Source of the DNA: the human T2T-CHM13v2.0 reference genome, Homo sapiens
Reading direction: 5' to 3' (one strand)
DNA: 64,000 nt
NCBI RefSeq assembly: GCF_009914755.1
Contig: NC_060948.1
The translations under genes were made by a program, and so were the position numbers. The notes under the pieces are model-generated. The model made no database searches, was not told the DNA's origin, and saw nothing but the letters and a program-made list of their open reading frames with translations. Numbering within the stretch: position 1 is the first letter of the stretch; every line of letters starts with the position of its first letter. Below are positions 28,668-42,853 of the stretch, one piece after another.

Positions 28668-31600
28668 GAATTCATTGGAATGGAAGGGAATGTAGTGTAA
28701 TGGACAGGCCTGGAATAAAGTGGAATGCTACGGTCTCGAATGGAATAAAAATGTATGGAATGGAACGCAATGAAACGGAATCGAATGTCATAGAATGTAA
28801 TGGAATGCAAAAAAATGGAATCCAAAATCATTGACTGGAAAGGCTGGGTGTCGAAAGGAATTGACTCCAATGATATGGAATCGAATGGAATGGAAGTGAA
28901 TAGAATCGAACTAAATCGAATGGAATGGAATTGATAGGAACGGAATGGAAAGGAATGCAATGAATTGGCATGGAATGGAATCGAATGGCATCGAATGGAA
29001 TGGAATGGAATGCAATGGAATGGAATGTATTAGAATGTAATGAACTTTAATGGAATGTACTCGAATGGATTCGACTGGAATGGAATGTTCTGGAAGTGAA
29101 TGGACTCCAATGGAATGGATTCAAAAGGAATGGAATCGTACGGAATGGAATCTAATGGAATGGAATTAAATGGAAATGAATCAAATTGAATAGCACGGAA
29201 TTGAATTGAATGGAATGGAATGCAATGGAATCTAATGAAACGGAAAGGAAAGGAATGGAATGGAATGGAATGGGCTGGAATGGAAAGGAATCGAAACGAA
29301 TGGAATGGAATCGAACTGAAGAGACTGGAATGGAATGCACTGGAATGGAAGGGAGTGTAATGGAAGGTTCTCGAAAAAAATGGAATCGAATGGAATGGAA
29401 TTGAATGGAACGGAATAGAGTCGAATGGAATTGAATGGAATGGAATGGACTAGAGTGAAATGGAATCGAACCACAAGGAATGGACAGGAATAGAATGGTC
29501 TCGAATTGAATGGAATCGTATGGAATGGCATCAAACGGAATGGAATGGACAGCCACGGAATGGAATGCACTCGAATGCAATGGAGTCGAAACTAATGGAC
29601 TGGAATAGAATGGACTCGACTGGTACGGACTCCAATGGAATGGAATCGAATGTAAGGGAATCGAACGGAATGGACTCGAAGGGAAAAGACTGCAATGGAA
29701 AGGTCTCGAATGGAATGGAAATTAATGGAATGGAATGGAATCGAATGAAATGGAGTCAAAAGGAATGGAATCGAATGGCAAGAAATCGAATGTAATGGAA
29801 TCGCAAGGAATTGATGTGAACGGAACGGAATGGAATGGAATCCAAAGGAATGGAATAGAATGGAATGGAATCGAATGGAAAGGACTCGAATGGAAATCAC
29901 TCGAATAGAATGCAATTTAATAAAATAGGATCAAATGTAATGGAATGGAATGGAAAGGAATCGAAACGAAAGGAATGGAGACAGATGGAATGGAATGGAA
30001 CAGAGAGCAATGGTATAGAATGGAATGGAATCATCTGGAATGGAATTGAATGGAATGGAATAATATGAAATGGAATGGAATGGAATGGAATGGAATGCCC
30101 TTGAATTAAATGGACTGGAATGGAATGGACTCGAACAGAGTGGAATGGAAAGTGTTGAGATAGAATGGAATGGACTCCTTTGGAATGGTGTAGTATGCAA
30201 TGCAATCGACTGGCAGGGAATCAAAAGGAATGTAATCGAATGGATTGGACTGGAATGCAATGGACTCGAATAGATTGGAAACGGAATGCAAAGGAATGGA
30301 ATGGAATAGTATGGAATGGAATGGAAAGGAATGGAGTGGAATAGACTAGAGTGGAATGGAATGGACTGGAAAGCAATGGACTGGAATGGAACTTTCTTGA
30401 ATGGACTGGAATCAAACGGAATGGAATGCAATGCAATCAAATGGCATGGAATAAAATAGAATGAAAGAGAATCAAATGGAATTGAATCGAATGGAATCGA
30501 ATGGATTGGAAAGGAATAGAATGGAATGGAATGGAATTGACTCGAATGGAATGGACTAGAATGGAATGGATTCGAATGGAAGGCAAAGGAATGGAATCTA
30601 TTGGAATGGACTGTAATGGAATGGAATGGAAAGGATTGGAATGGACTCGAATGGAATGGACTGCAATAGAAAGGATTCGAATGGAATGAAAAAGAATTGA
30701 ATGGAATAGAACAGAATGGAATCAAATCGAATGAAATGGAATGGAATAGAAAGGAATGGAATGAAATGGAATGGAAAGGATTCGAATGGAATGCAATCGA
30801 ATGGAATGGAATCGAACGGAATGGAATAAAATGGAAGAAAACTGGCAAGAAATGGAATCGAAATGAATGGAGTGTTATGGAACGGACTCAAAAGGAATTG
30901 AATGTAATAGAATGGAGTGGAGTGGACTCGAATATAATGGAATGGAATGGAATGAAATCACAAGGAATGGGAACGAATGGAATGGAATGGAAAGGAATGG
31001 AATCGAATGGAAAGGAATCGAATGGAAGGGAATGAAATTGAATCAACAGGAATGGAAGGGAATAGAATAGACGGTAATGGAATGGACTCGAATAGAATGG
31101 ACACGAATGCTCAAATTGAATGGACTCGAATGGAATGGAAACGAAAGGAATGTCATCGAATGGAATTGAATCGATTGGAATGAAATCGCATAGAATGGAG
31201 TGGAATCAAATGGAATTGAATCGAAAGGAAAGGAAGCGAATGGACTGAAATGAAATGGAATGGAATTGAATGGAAAGTAATGCAATGGAATAGAATGGAA
31301 CGAAATTTCACGGAATGGAATCAAACTGAATGGAATCAAATCAATGGAATCAAATCAAATGGAATGGAAAGGAATTGAATGGAGTAGATTGGATTGGATG
31401 GGATTGGAATGAAATGTACTGGAAAGGACTCGAATTTCATGAAACGGAATGGAATGAATTGGAACGGAATGGACTCGAATGGAATGGAATGTCATGGAAT
31501 GGCATCATATGGAATGGCATCAAATGGAATGGAATCGAATGCAAGGGAATGCTATGGAATGGAATGGAATGCATTGGAATGGAATGTCCTCTAATGGAAT

Positions 31601-32241
31601 GGATTCGAGTGGAATGGAATCGAATATAATGGAGTCGAATGAAATGGAATTGAAAGGAGTGGGATCGAATACAATGGAATATACTGGAATGTAATGTAAT
31701 GAACTCGAATGTAATTGACTGGAATGGAATGTACATGAATGGAATGTAATCGAATGGAAAGTCATCCAATGGAATAGAATCTAATGCAATAAAACCGACT
31801 CAGATAGAGTAGAATGTAATGGAATGGAGTGCAGTGCAATGGAATGGAATGGAATGGAAGGCAATGGAATGGAATGGAATGGAATGGAATGGAATGGAAT
31901 GGAATGGAATAGAATGGGATGGAATGGGATGGAATGGATAGTAATGGACTGGAGTGAAATGGACTGGAAAGGAATGGACTCAAATTGAAAGGGCTCGAAA
32001 GGAATGGAGTCAAATGGAATGGTCTGGAATGGAATGAACACGAATGTAATGCAATCCAATAGAATGGAATCGAATGGCATGGAATATAAAGAAATGGAAT
32101 CGAAGAGAATGGAAACAAATGGAATGGAATTGAATGGAATGGAATTGAATGGAATGGGAACGAATGGAGTGAAATTGTATGCAGTAGAAGGGAATAGAAT
32201 GGAATGCAAGCGAAAGGAAAGGAATGGATTGGAATGGAATG
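28668..32241 (+). repeat. Unit 9 (3574 bp), relative of unit 2
   Basis: GAATTC at 28668 and 32242. Shares tgatatgg, gtcatcc and ggaaggcaat with unit 2. Confidence 0.92.
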
Positions 32242-35200
32242 GAATTCATTGGAATGGAAGGGAATGTAGTGTAATGGACAGGCCTGGAATAAAGTGGAAT
32301 GCTACGGTCTCGAATGGAATAAAAATGTATGGAATGGAATGCAATGAAACGGAATCGAATGTCATAGAATGTAATGGAATGCAAAAAAATGGAATCCTAA
32401 ATCATTGACTGGAAAGGCTGGGTGTCGAAAGGAATTGACTCCAATGGAATGGAATCGAATGGAATGGAAGTGAATAGAATCGAACTAAATCGAATGGAAT
32501 GGAATTGATAGGAACGGAATGGAAAGGAATGCAATGATTTGGCATGGAATGGAATCGAATGGCATCGAATGGAATGGAATGGAATGCAATGGAATGGAAT
32601 GTATTAGAATGTAATGAACTTTAATGGAATGTACTCGAATGGATTCGACTGGAATGGAATGTTCTGGAAGTGAATGGACTCCAATGGAATGGATTCAAAA
32701 GGAATGGAATCGTACGGAATGGAATCTAATGGAATGGAATTAAATGGAAATGAATCAAATTGAATAGCACGGAATTGAATTGAATGGAATGGAATGCAAT
32801 GGAATCTAATGAAACGGAAAGGAAAGGAATGGAATGGAATGGAAAGGGCTGGAATGGAAAGGAATCGAAACGAATGGAATGGAATCGAACTGAAGAGACT
32901 GGAATGGAATGCACTGGAATGGAAGGGAGTGTAATGGAAGGTTCTCGAAAAAAATGGAATCGAATGGAATGGAATTGAATGGAACGGAATAGAGTCGAAT
33001 GGAATTGAATGGAATGGAATGGACTAGAGTGAAATGGAATCGAACCACAAGGAATGGACAGGAATAGAATGGTCTCGAATTGAATGGAATCGTATGGAAT
33101 GGCATCAAACGGAATGGAATGGACAGCCACGGAATGGAATGCACTCGAATGCAATGGAGTCGAAACTAATGGACTGGAATAGAATGGACTCGACTGGTAC
33201 GGACTCCAATGGAATGGAATCGAATGGAAGGGAATCGAACGGAATGGACTCGAAGGGAAAAGACTGCAATGGAAAGGTCTCGAATGGAATGGAAATTAAT
33301 GGAATGGAATGGAATCGAATGTAATGGAGTCAAAAGGAATGGAATCGAATGGCAAGAAATCGAATGTAATGGAATCGCAAGGAATTGATGTGAAAGGAAC
33401 GGAATGGAATGGAATCCAAAGGAATGGAATAGAATGGAATGGAATCGAATGGAAAGGACTCGAATGGAAATCACTCGAATAGAATGCAATTTAATAAAAT
33501 AGGATCAAATGTAATGGAATGGAATGGAAAGGAATCGAAACGAAAGGAATGGAGACAGATGGAATGGAATGGAACAGAGAGCAATGGTATAGAATGGAAT
33601 GGAATCATCTGGAATGGAATTGAATGGAATGGAATAATATGAAATGGAATGGAATGGAATGGAATGGAATGGAATGGAACGCCCTTGAATTAAATGGACT
33701 GGAATGGAATGGACTCGAACAGAGTGGAATGGAAAGTGTTGAGATAGAATGCAATGGACTCCTTCGGAATGGTCTAGTATGCAATGCAATCGACTGGCAG
33801 GGAATCAAAAGGAATGTAATCGAATGGATTGGACTGGAATGCAGTGGACTCGAATAGATTGGAAACGGAATGCAAAGGAATGGAATGGAATAGTATGGAA
33901 TGGAATGGAAAGGAATGGAGTGGAATAGACTAGAGTGGAATGGAATGGACTGGAAAGCAATGGACTGGAATGGAACTTTCTTGAATGGACTGGAATCAAA
34001 CGGAATGGAATGCAATGCAATCAAATGGCATGCAATAAAATAGAATGAAAGAGAATCAAATGGAATTGAATCGAATGGAATCGAATGGATTGGAAAGGAA
34101 TAGAATGGAATGCAATGGAATGGACTAGAATGGAATGGATTCGAATGGAAGGCAAAGGAATGGAATCTATTGGAATGGACTGTAATGGAATGGAATGGAA
34201 GGGATTGGAATGGACTCGAATGGAATGGACTGCAATAGAAAGGATTCGAATGGAATGAAAAAGAATTGAATGGAATAGAACAGAATGGAATCAAATCGAA
34301 TGAAATGGAATGGAATAGAAAGGAATGGAATGAAATGGCATGGAAAGGATTCGAATGGAATGCAATCGAATGGAATGGAATCGAACGGAATGGAATAAAA
34401 TGGAAGAAAACTGGCAAGAAATGGAATCGAAATGAATGGAGTGTTATGGAACGGACTCAAAAGGAATTGAATGTAATAGAATGGAGTGGAGTGGACTCGA
34501 ATATAATGGACTGGAATGGAATGAAATCACAAGGAATGGGAACGAATGGAATGGAATGGAAAGGAATGGAATCGAATGGAAAGGAATCGAATGGAAGGGA
34601 ATGAAATTGAATCAACAGGAATGGAAGGGAATAGAATAGACGGTAATGGAATGGAGTCGAATAGAATGGACACGAATGCTCAAATTGAATGGACTCGAAT
34701 GGAATGGAAACGAAAGGAATGTCATCGAATGGAATTGAATGGATTGGAATGAAATCGCATAGAATGGAGTGGAATCAAATGGAATTGAATCGAAAGGAAA
34801 GGAAGCGAATGGACTGAAATGAAATGGAATGGAATTGAATGGAAAGTAGTGCAATGGAATAGAATGGAACGAAATTTCACGGAATGGAATCAAACTGAAT
34901 GGAATCAAATCAATGGAATCAAATCAAATGGAATGGAAAGGAATTGAATGGAGTAGATTGGATTGGATGGGATTGGAATGAAATGTACTGGAAAGGACTC
35001 GAATTTCATGAAACGGAATGGAATGAATTGGAACGGAATGGACTCGAATGGAATGGAATGTCATGGAATGGCATCAAATGGAATGGCATCAAATGGAATG
35101 GAATCGAATGCAATGGAATGCTATGGAATGGAATGGAATGCATTGGAATGGAATGTCCTGTAATGGAATGGATTCGAGTGGAATGGAATCGAATATAATG

Positions 35201-35780
35201 GAGTCGAATGAAATGGAATTGAAAGGAATGGGATCGAATACAATGGAATATACTGGAATGTAATGTAATGAACTCGAATGTAATTGACTGGAATGGAATA
35301 TACATGAATGGAATGTAATCGAATGGAAAGTAATCCAATGGAATAGAATCTAATGCAATAAAATCGACTCAGATAGAGTAGAATGTAATGGAATGGAGTG
35401 CAGTGCAATGGAATGGAATGGAATGGAATGCAATTGAATGGAATGGAATGGAATGGAATGGAATGGAATGGGATGGAATGGTATGGAATGGATAGTAATG
35501 GACTGGAGTGAAATGGACTGGAAAGGAATGGACTCAAATTGAAAGGGCTCGAAAGGAATGGAGTCAAATGGAGTGGTCTGTAATGGAATGAACACGAATG
35601 TAATGCAATCCAATAGAATGGAATCGAATGGCATGGAATATAAAGAAATGGAATCGGAGAGAATGGAATTGAATGGAATGGAATTGAATGGAATGGGAAC
35701 GAATGGAGTGAAATTGTATGCAGTAGAAGGGAATAGAATGGAATGCAAGCGAATGGAAAGGAATGGATTGGAATGGAATG
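32242..35780 (+). repeat. Unit 10 (3539 bp)
   Basis: GAATTC at 32242 and 35781. Head resembles unit 3, tail is divergent with a private 15-bp deletion at ~35665. Confidence 0.92.
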
Positions 35781-38700
35781 GAATTCATTGGAATGGAAGG
35801 GAATGCAGTGTAATGGACAGGCCTGGAATAAAGTGCAATGCTACGGTCTCGAATGGAATAAAAATGTATGGAATGGAATGCAATGAAATGGAATCGAATG
35901 TCATAGAATGTAATGGAATGCAACAAAATGGAATCCAAAATCATTGACTGGAAAGGCTAGGTGTCCAAAGGAATTGACTCCAATGGAATGGAATCGAATG
36001 GAATGGAAGTGAATAGAATCGAACTAAATCGAATGGAATGGAATTGATAGGAACGGAATGGAAAGGAATGCAATGATTTGGCTTGGAATGGAATCGAATG
36101 GCATCGAATGGAATGGAATGGAATGCAATGGAATGGAATGTATTAGAATGTAATGAACTTTAATGGAATGTACTCGAATGGATTCGACTGGAATGGAATG
36201 TTCTGGAAGTGAATGGACTCCAATGGAATGGATTCAAAAGGAATGGAATCGTACGGAATGGAATCTAATGGAATGGAATTAAATGGAAATGAATCAAATT
36301 GAATAGCACGGAATTGAATTGAATGGAATGGAATGCAATGGAATCTAATGAAACGGAAAGGAAAGGAATGGAATGGAATGGAATGGGCTGGAATGGAAAG
36401 GAATCGAAACGAATGGAATGGAATCGAACTGAAGAGACTGGAATGGAATGCACTGGAATGGAATGGAGTGTAATGGAAGGTTCTCGAAAAAAATGGAATC
36501 GAATGGATTGGAATTGAATGGAACGGAATAGAGTCGAATGGAATTGAATGGAATGGAATGGACTAGAGTGAAATGGAATCGAACCACAAGGAATGGACAG
36601 GAATAGAATGGTCTCGAATTGAATGGAATCGTATGGAATGGCATCAAACGGAATGGAATGGACAGCCACGGAATGGAATGCACTCGAATGCAATGGAGTC
36701 GAAACTAATGGACTGGAATAGAATGGACTCGACTGGTACGGACTCCAATGGAATGGAATCGAATGGAAGGGAATCGAACGGAATGGACTCGAAGGGAAAA
36801 GACTGCAATGGAAAGGTCTCGAATGGAATGGAAATTAATGGAATGGAATGGAATCGAATGAAATGGAGTCAAAAGGAATGGAATCGAATGGCAAGAAATC
36901 GAATGTAATGGAATCACAAGGAATTGATGTGAACGGAACGGAATGGAATGGAATCCAAATGAATGGAATAGAATGGAATGGAATCGAATGGAAAGGACTC
37001 GAATGGAAATCACTCGAATAGAATGCAATTTAATAAAATAGGATCAAATGTAATGGAATGGAATGGAAAGGAATCGAAACGAAAGGAATGGAGACAGATG
37101 GAATGGAATGGAACAGAGAGCAATGGTATAGAATGGAATGGAATCATCTGGAATGGAATTGAATGGAATGGAATAATATGAAATGGAATGGAATGGAATG
37201 GAATGGAATGCCCTTGAATTAAATGGACTGGAATGGAATGGACTCGAACAGAGTGGAATGGAAAGTGTTGAGATAGAATGGAATGGACTCCTTTGGAATG
37301 GTGTAGTATGCAATGCAATCGACTGGCAGGGAATCAAAAGGAATGTAATCGAATGGATTGGACTGGAATGCAATGGACTCGAATAGATTGCAAACGGAAT
37401 GCAAAGGAATGGAATGGAATAGTATGGAATGGAATGGAAAGGAATGGAGTGGAATAGACTAGAGTGGAATGGAATGGACTGGAAAGAAATGGACTGGAAT
37501 GGAACTTTCTTGAATGGACTGGAATCAAACGGAATGGAATGCAATGCAATCAAATGGCATGGAATAAAATAGAATGAAAGAGAATCAAATGGAATTGAAT
37601 CGAATGGAATCGAATGGATTGGAAAGGAATAGAATGGAATGGAATGGAATGGACTAGAATGGAATGGATTCGAATGGAAGGCAAAGGAATGGAATCTATT
37701 GGAATGGACTGTAATGGAATGGAATGGAAGGGATTGGAATGGACTCGAATGGAATGGACTGCAATAGAAAGGATTCGAATGGAATGAAAAAGAATTGAAT
37801 GGAATAGAACAGAATGGAATCAAATCGAATGAAATGGAATGGAATAGAAAGGAATGGAATGAAATGGAATGGAAAGGATTCGAATGGAATGCAATCGAAT
37901 GGAATGGAATCGAACGGAATGGAATAAAATGGAAGAAAACTGGCAAGAAATGGAATCGAAATGAATGGAGTGTTATGGAACGGACTCAAAAGGAATTGAA
38001 TGTAATAGAATGGAGTGGAGTGGACTCGAATATAATGGACTGGAATGGAATGAAATCACATGGAATGGGAACGAATGGAATGGAATGGAAAGGAATGGAA
38101 TCGAATGGAAAGGAATCGAATGGAAGGGAATGAAATTGAATCAACAGGAATGGAAGGGAATAGAATAGACGGTAATGGAATGGACTCGAATAGAATGGAC
38201 ACGAATGCTCAAATTGAATGGACTCGAATGGAATGGAAACGAAAGGAATGTCATCGAATGGAATTGAATCGATTGGAATGAAATCGCATAGAATGGAGTG
38301 GAATCAAATGGAATTGAATCGAAAGGAAAGGAAGCGAATGGACTGAAATGAAATGGAATGGAATTGAATGGAAAGTAATGCAATGGAATAGAATGGAACG
38401 AAATTTCACGGAATAGAATCAAACTGAATGGAATCAAATCAATGGAATCTAATCAAATGGAATGGAAAGGAATTGAATGGAGTAGATTGGATTGGATGGG
38501 ATTGGAATGAAATGTACTGGAAAGGACTCGAATTTCATGAAACGGAATGGAATGAATTGGAACGGAATGGACTCGAATGGAATGGAATGTCATGGAATGG
38601 CATCAAATGGAATGGCATCAAATGGAATGGAATCGAATGCAATGGAATGCTATGGAATGGAATGGAATGCATTGGAATGGAATGTCCTCTAATGGAATGG

Positions 38701-39309
38701 ATTCGAGTGGAATGGAATCGAATATAATGGAGTCGAATGAAATGGAATTGAAAGGAATGGGATCGAATAGAATGGAATATACTGAAATGTAATGTAATGA
38801 ACTCGAATGTAATTGACTGGAATGGAATGTACATGAATGGAATGTAATCGAATGGAAAGTAATCCAATGGAATAGAATCTAATGCAATAAAACCGACTCA
38901 GATAGAGTAGAATGTAATGGAATGGAGTGCAGTGCAATGGAATGGAATGGAATGGAATGCAATGGAATGGAATGGAATGGAATGGAATGGAATGGTGTGG
39001 AATGGATAGTAATGGACTGGAGTGAAATGGACTGGAAAGGAATGGACTCAAATTGAATGGGCTCGAAAGGAATGGAGTCAAATGGAATGGTCTGGAATGG
39101 AATGAACACGAATGTAATGCAATCCAATAGAATGGAATCGAATGGCATGGAATATAAAGAAATGGAATCGAAGAGAATGGAAACAAATGGAATGGAATTG
39201 AGTGGAATGGAATTGAATGGAATGGGAACGAATGGAGTGAAATTGTATGCAGTAGAAGAGAATAGAATGGAATGCAAGCGAAAGGAAAGGAATGGATTGG
39301 AATGGAATG
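35781..39309 (+). repeat. Unit 11 (3529 bp, shortest)
   Basis: GAATTC at 35781, next equivalent site is mutated (CAATTC at 39310). Lacks the 15-bp module and has a short long-tract. Confidence 0.9.
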
Positions 39310-42300
39310 CAATTCATTGGAATGGAAGGGAATGTAGTGTAATGGACAGGCCTGGAATAAAGTGGAATGCTACGGTCTCGAATGGAATAAAAATGTATGG
39401 AATGGAATGCAATGAAACGGAATCGAATGTCATAGAATGTAATGGAATGCAAAAAAATGGAATCCAAAATCATTGACTGGAAAGGCTGGGTGTCGAAAGG
39501 AATTGACTCCAATGGAATGGAATCGAATGGAATGGAAGTGAATAGAATCGAACTAAATCGAATGGAATGGAATTGATAGGAACGGAATGGAAAGGAATGC
39601 AATGATTTGGCATGGAATGGAATCGAATGGCATCGAATGGAATGGAATGGAATGCAATGGAATGGAATGTATTAGAATGTAATGAACTTTAATGGAATGT
39701 ACTCGAATGGATTCGACTGGAATGGAATGTTCTGGAAGTGAATGGACTCCAATGGAATGGATTCAAAAGGAATGGAATCGTACGGAATGGAATCTAATGG
39801 AATGGAATTAAATGGAAATGAATCAAATTGAATAGCACGGAATTGAATTGAATGGAATGGAATGCAATGGAATCTAATGAAACGGAAAGGAAAGGAATGG
39901 AATGGAATGGAATGGGCTGGAATGGAAAGGAATCGAAACGAATGGAATGGAATCGAACTGAAGAGACTGGAATGGAATGCACTGGAATGGAAGGGAGTGT
40001 AATGGAAGGTTCTCGAAAAAAATGGAATGGAATGGAATGGAATTGAATGGAACGGAATAGAGTCGAATGGAATTGAATGGAATGGAATGGACTAGAGTGA
40101 AATGGAATCGAACAACAAGGAATGGACAGGAATAGAATGGTCTCGAATTGAATGGAATCGTATGGAATGGCATCAAACGGAATGGAATGGACAGCCACGG
40201 AATGGAATGCACTCGAATGCAATGGAGTCGAAACTAATGGACTGGAATAGAATGGACTCGACTGGTACGGACTCCAATGGAATGGAATCGAATGGAAGGG
40301 AATCGAACGGAATGGACTCGAAGGGAAAAGACTGCAATGGAAAGGTCTCGAATGGAATGGAAATTAATGGAATGGAATGGAATCGAATGAAATGGAGTCA
40401 AAAGGAATGGAATCGAATGGCAAGAAATCGAATGTAATGGAATCGCAAGGAATTGATGTGAACGGAACGGAATGGAATGGAATCCAAAGGAATGGAATAG
40501 AATGGAATGGAATCGAATGGAAAGGACTCGAATGGAAATCACTCGAATAGAATGCAATTTAATAAAATAGGATCAAATGTAATGGAATGGAATGGAAAGG
40601 AATCGAAACGAAAGGAATGGAGACAGATGGAATGGAATGGAACAGAGAGCAATGGTATAGAATGGAATGGAATCATCTGGAATGGAATTGAATGGAATGG
40701 AATAATATGAAATGGAATGGAATGGAATGGAATGGAATGCCCTTGAATTAAATGGACTGGAATGGAATGGACTCGAACAGAGTGGAATGGAAAGTGTTGA
40801 GATAGAATGGAATGGACTCCTTTGGAATGGTCTAGTATGCAATGCAATCGACTGGTAGGGAATCAAAAGGAATGTAATCGAATGGATTGGACTGGAATGC
40901 AATGGACTCGAATAGATTGGAAACGGAATGCAAAGGAATGGAATGGAATAGTATGGAATGGAATGGAAAGGAATGGAGTGGAATAGACTAGAGTGGAATG
41001 GAATGGACTGGAAAGCAATGGACTGGAATGGAACTTTATTGAATGGACTGGAATCAAACGGAATGGAATGCAATGCAATCAAATGGCATGGAATAAAATA
41101 GAATGAAAGAGAATCAAATGGAATTGAATCGAATGGAATCGAATGGATTGGAAAGGAATAGAATGGAATGGAATGGAATTGACTCAAATGGAATGGACTA
41201 GAATGGAATGGATTCGAATGGAAGGCAAAGGAATGGAATCTATTGGAATGGACTGTAATGGAATGGAATGGAAGGGATTGGAATGGACTCGAATGGAATG
41301 GACTGCAATAGAAAGGATTCGAATGGAATGAAAAAGAATTGAATGGAATAGAACAGAATGGAATCAAATCGAATGAAATGGAATGGAATAGAAAGGAATG
41401 GAATGAAATGGAATGGAAAGGATTCGAATGGAATGCAATCGAATGGAATGGAATCGAACGGAATGGAATAAAATGGAAGAAAACTGGCAAGAAATGGAAT
41501 CGAAATGAATGGAGTGTTATGGAACGGACTCAAAAGGAATTGAATGTAATAGAATGGAGTGGAGTGGACTCGAATATAATGGACTGGAATGGAATGAAAT
41601 CACATGGAATGGGAACGAATGGAATGGAATGGAAAGGAATGGAATCGAATGGAAAGGAATCGAATGGAAGGGAATGAAATTGAATCAACAGGAATGGAAG
41701 GGAATAGAATAGACGGTAATGGAATGGAATCGAATAGAATGGACACGAATGCTCAAATTGAATGGACTCGAATGGAATGGAAACGAAAGGAATGTCATCG
41801 AATGGAATTGAATCGATTGGAATGAAATCGCATAGAATGGAGTGGAATCAAATGGAATTGAATCGAAAGGAAAGGAAGCGAATGGACTGAAATGAAATGG
41901 AATGGAATTGAATGGAAAGTAATGCAATGGAATAGAATGGAACGAAATTTCACGGAATGGAATCAAACTGAATGGAATCAAATCAATGGAATCCAATCAA
42001 ATGGAATGGAGTAGATTGGATTGGATGGGATTGGAATGAAATGTACTGGAAAGGACTCGAATTTCATGAAACGGAATGGAATGAATTGGAACGGAATGGA
42101 CTCGAATGGAATGGAATGTCATAGAATGGCATCAAATGGAATGGCATCAAATGGAATGGAATCGAATGCAATGGAATGCTATGGAATGGAATGGAATGCA
42201 TTGGAATGGAATGTCCTCTAATGGAATGGATTCGAGTGGAATGGAATCGAATATAATGGAGTCGAATGAAATGGAATTGAAAGGAATGGGATCGAATACA

Positions 42301-42853
42301 ATGGAATATACTGGAATGTAATGTAATGAACTCGAATGTAATTGACTGGAATGGAATGTACATGAATGGAATGTAATCGAATGGAAAGTAATCCAATGGA
42401 ATAGAATCTAATGCAATAAAATCGACTCAGATAGAGTAGAATGTAATGGAATGGAGTGCAGTGCAATGGAATGGAATGGAATGGAATGCAATGGAATGGA
42501 ATGGAATGGAATGGAATGGAATGGAATGGGATGGAATGGTATGGAATGGATGGTAATGGACTGGAGTGAAATGGACTGGAAAGGAATGGACTCAAATTGA
42601 AAGGGCTGGAAAGGAATGGAGTCAAATGGAATGGTCTGGAATGGAATGAACACGAAAGTAATGCAATCCAATAGAATGGAATCGAATGGCATGGAATATA
42701 ATGAAATGGAATCGAAGAGAATGGAAACAAATGGAATGGAATTGAATGGAATGGAATTGAATGGAATGGGAACGAATGGAGTGAAATTGTATGCAGTAGA
42801 AGGGAATAGAATGGAATGCAAGCGAAAGGAAAGGAATGGATTGGAAAGGAATG
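39310..42853 (+). repeat. Unit 12 (3544 bp, EcoRI site lost)
   Basis: Starts CAATTC at 39310, private 15-bp deletion at ~42005. Confidence 0.9.
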
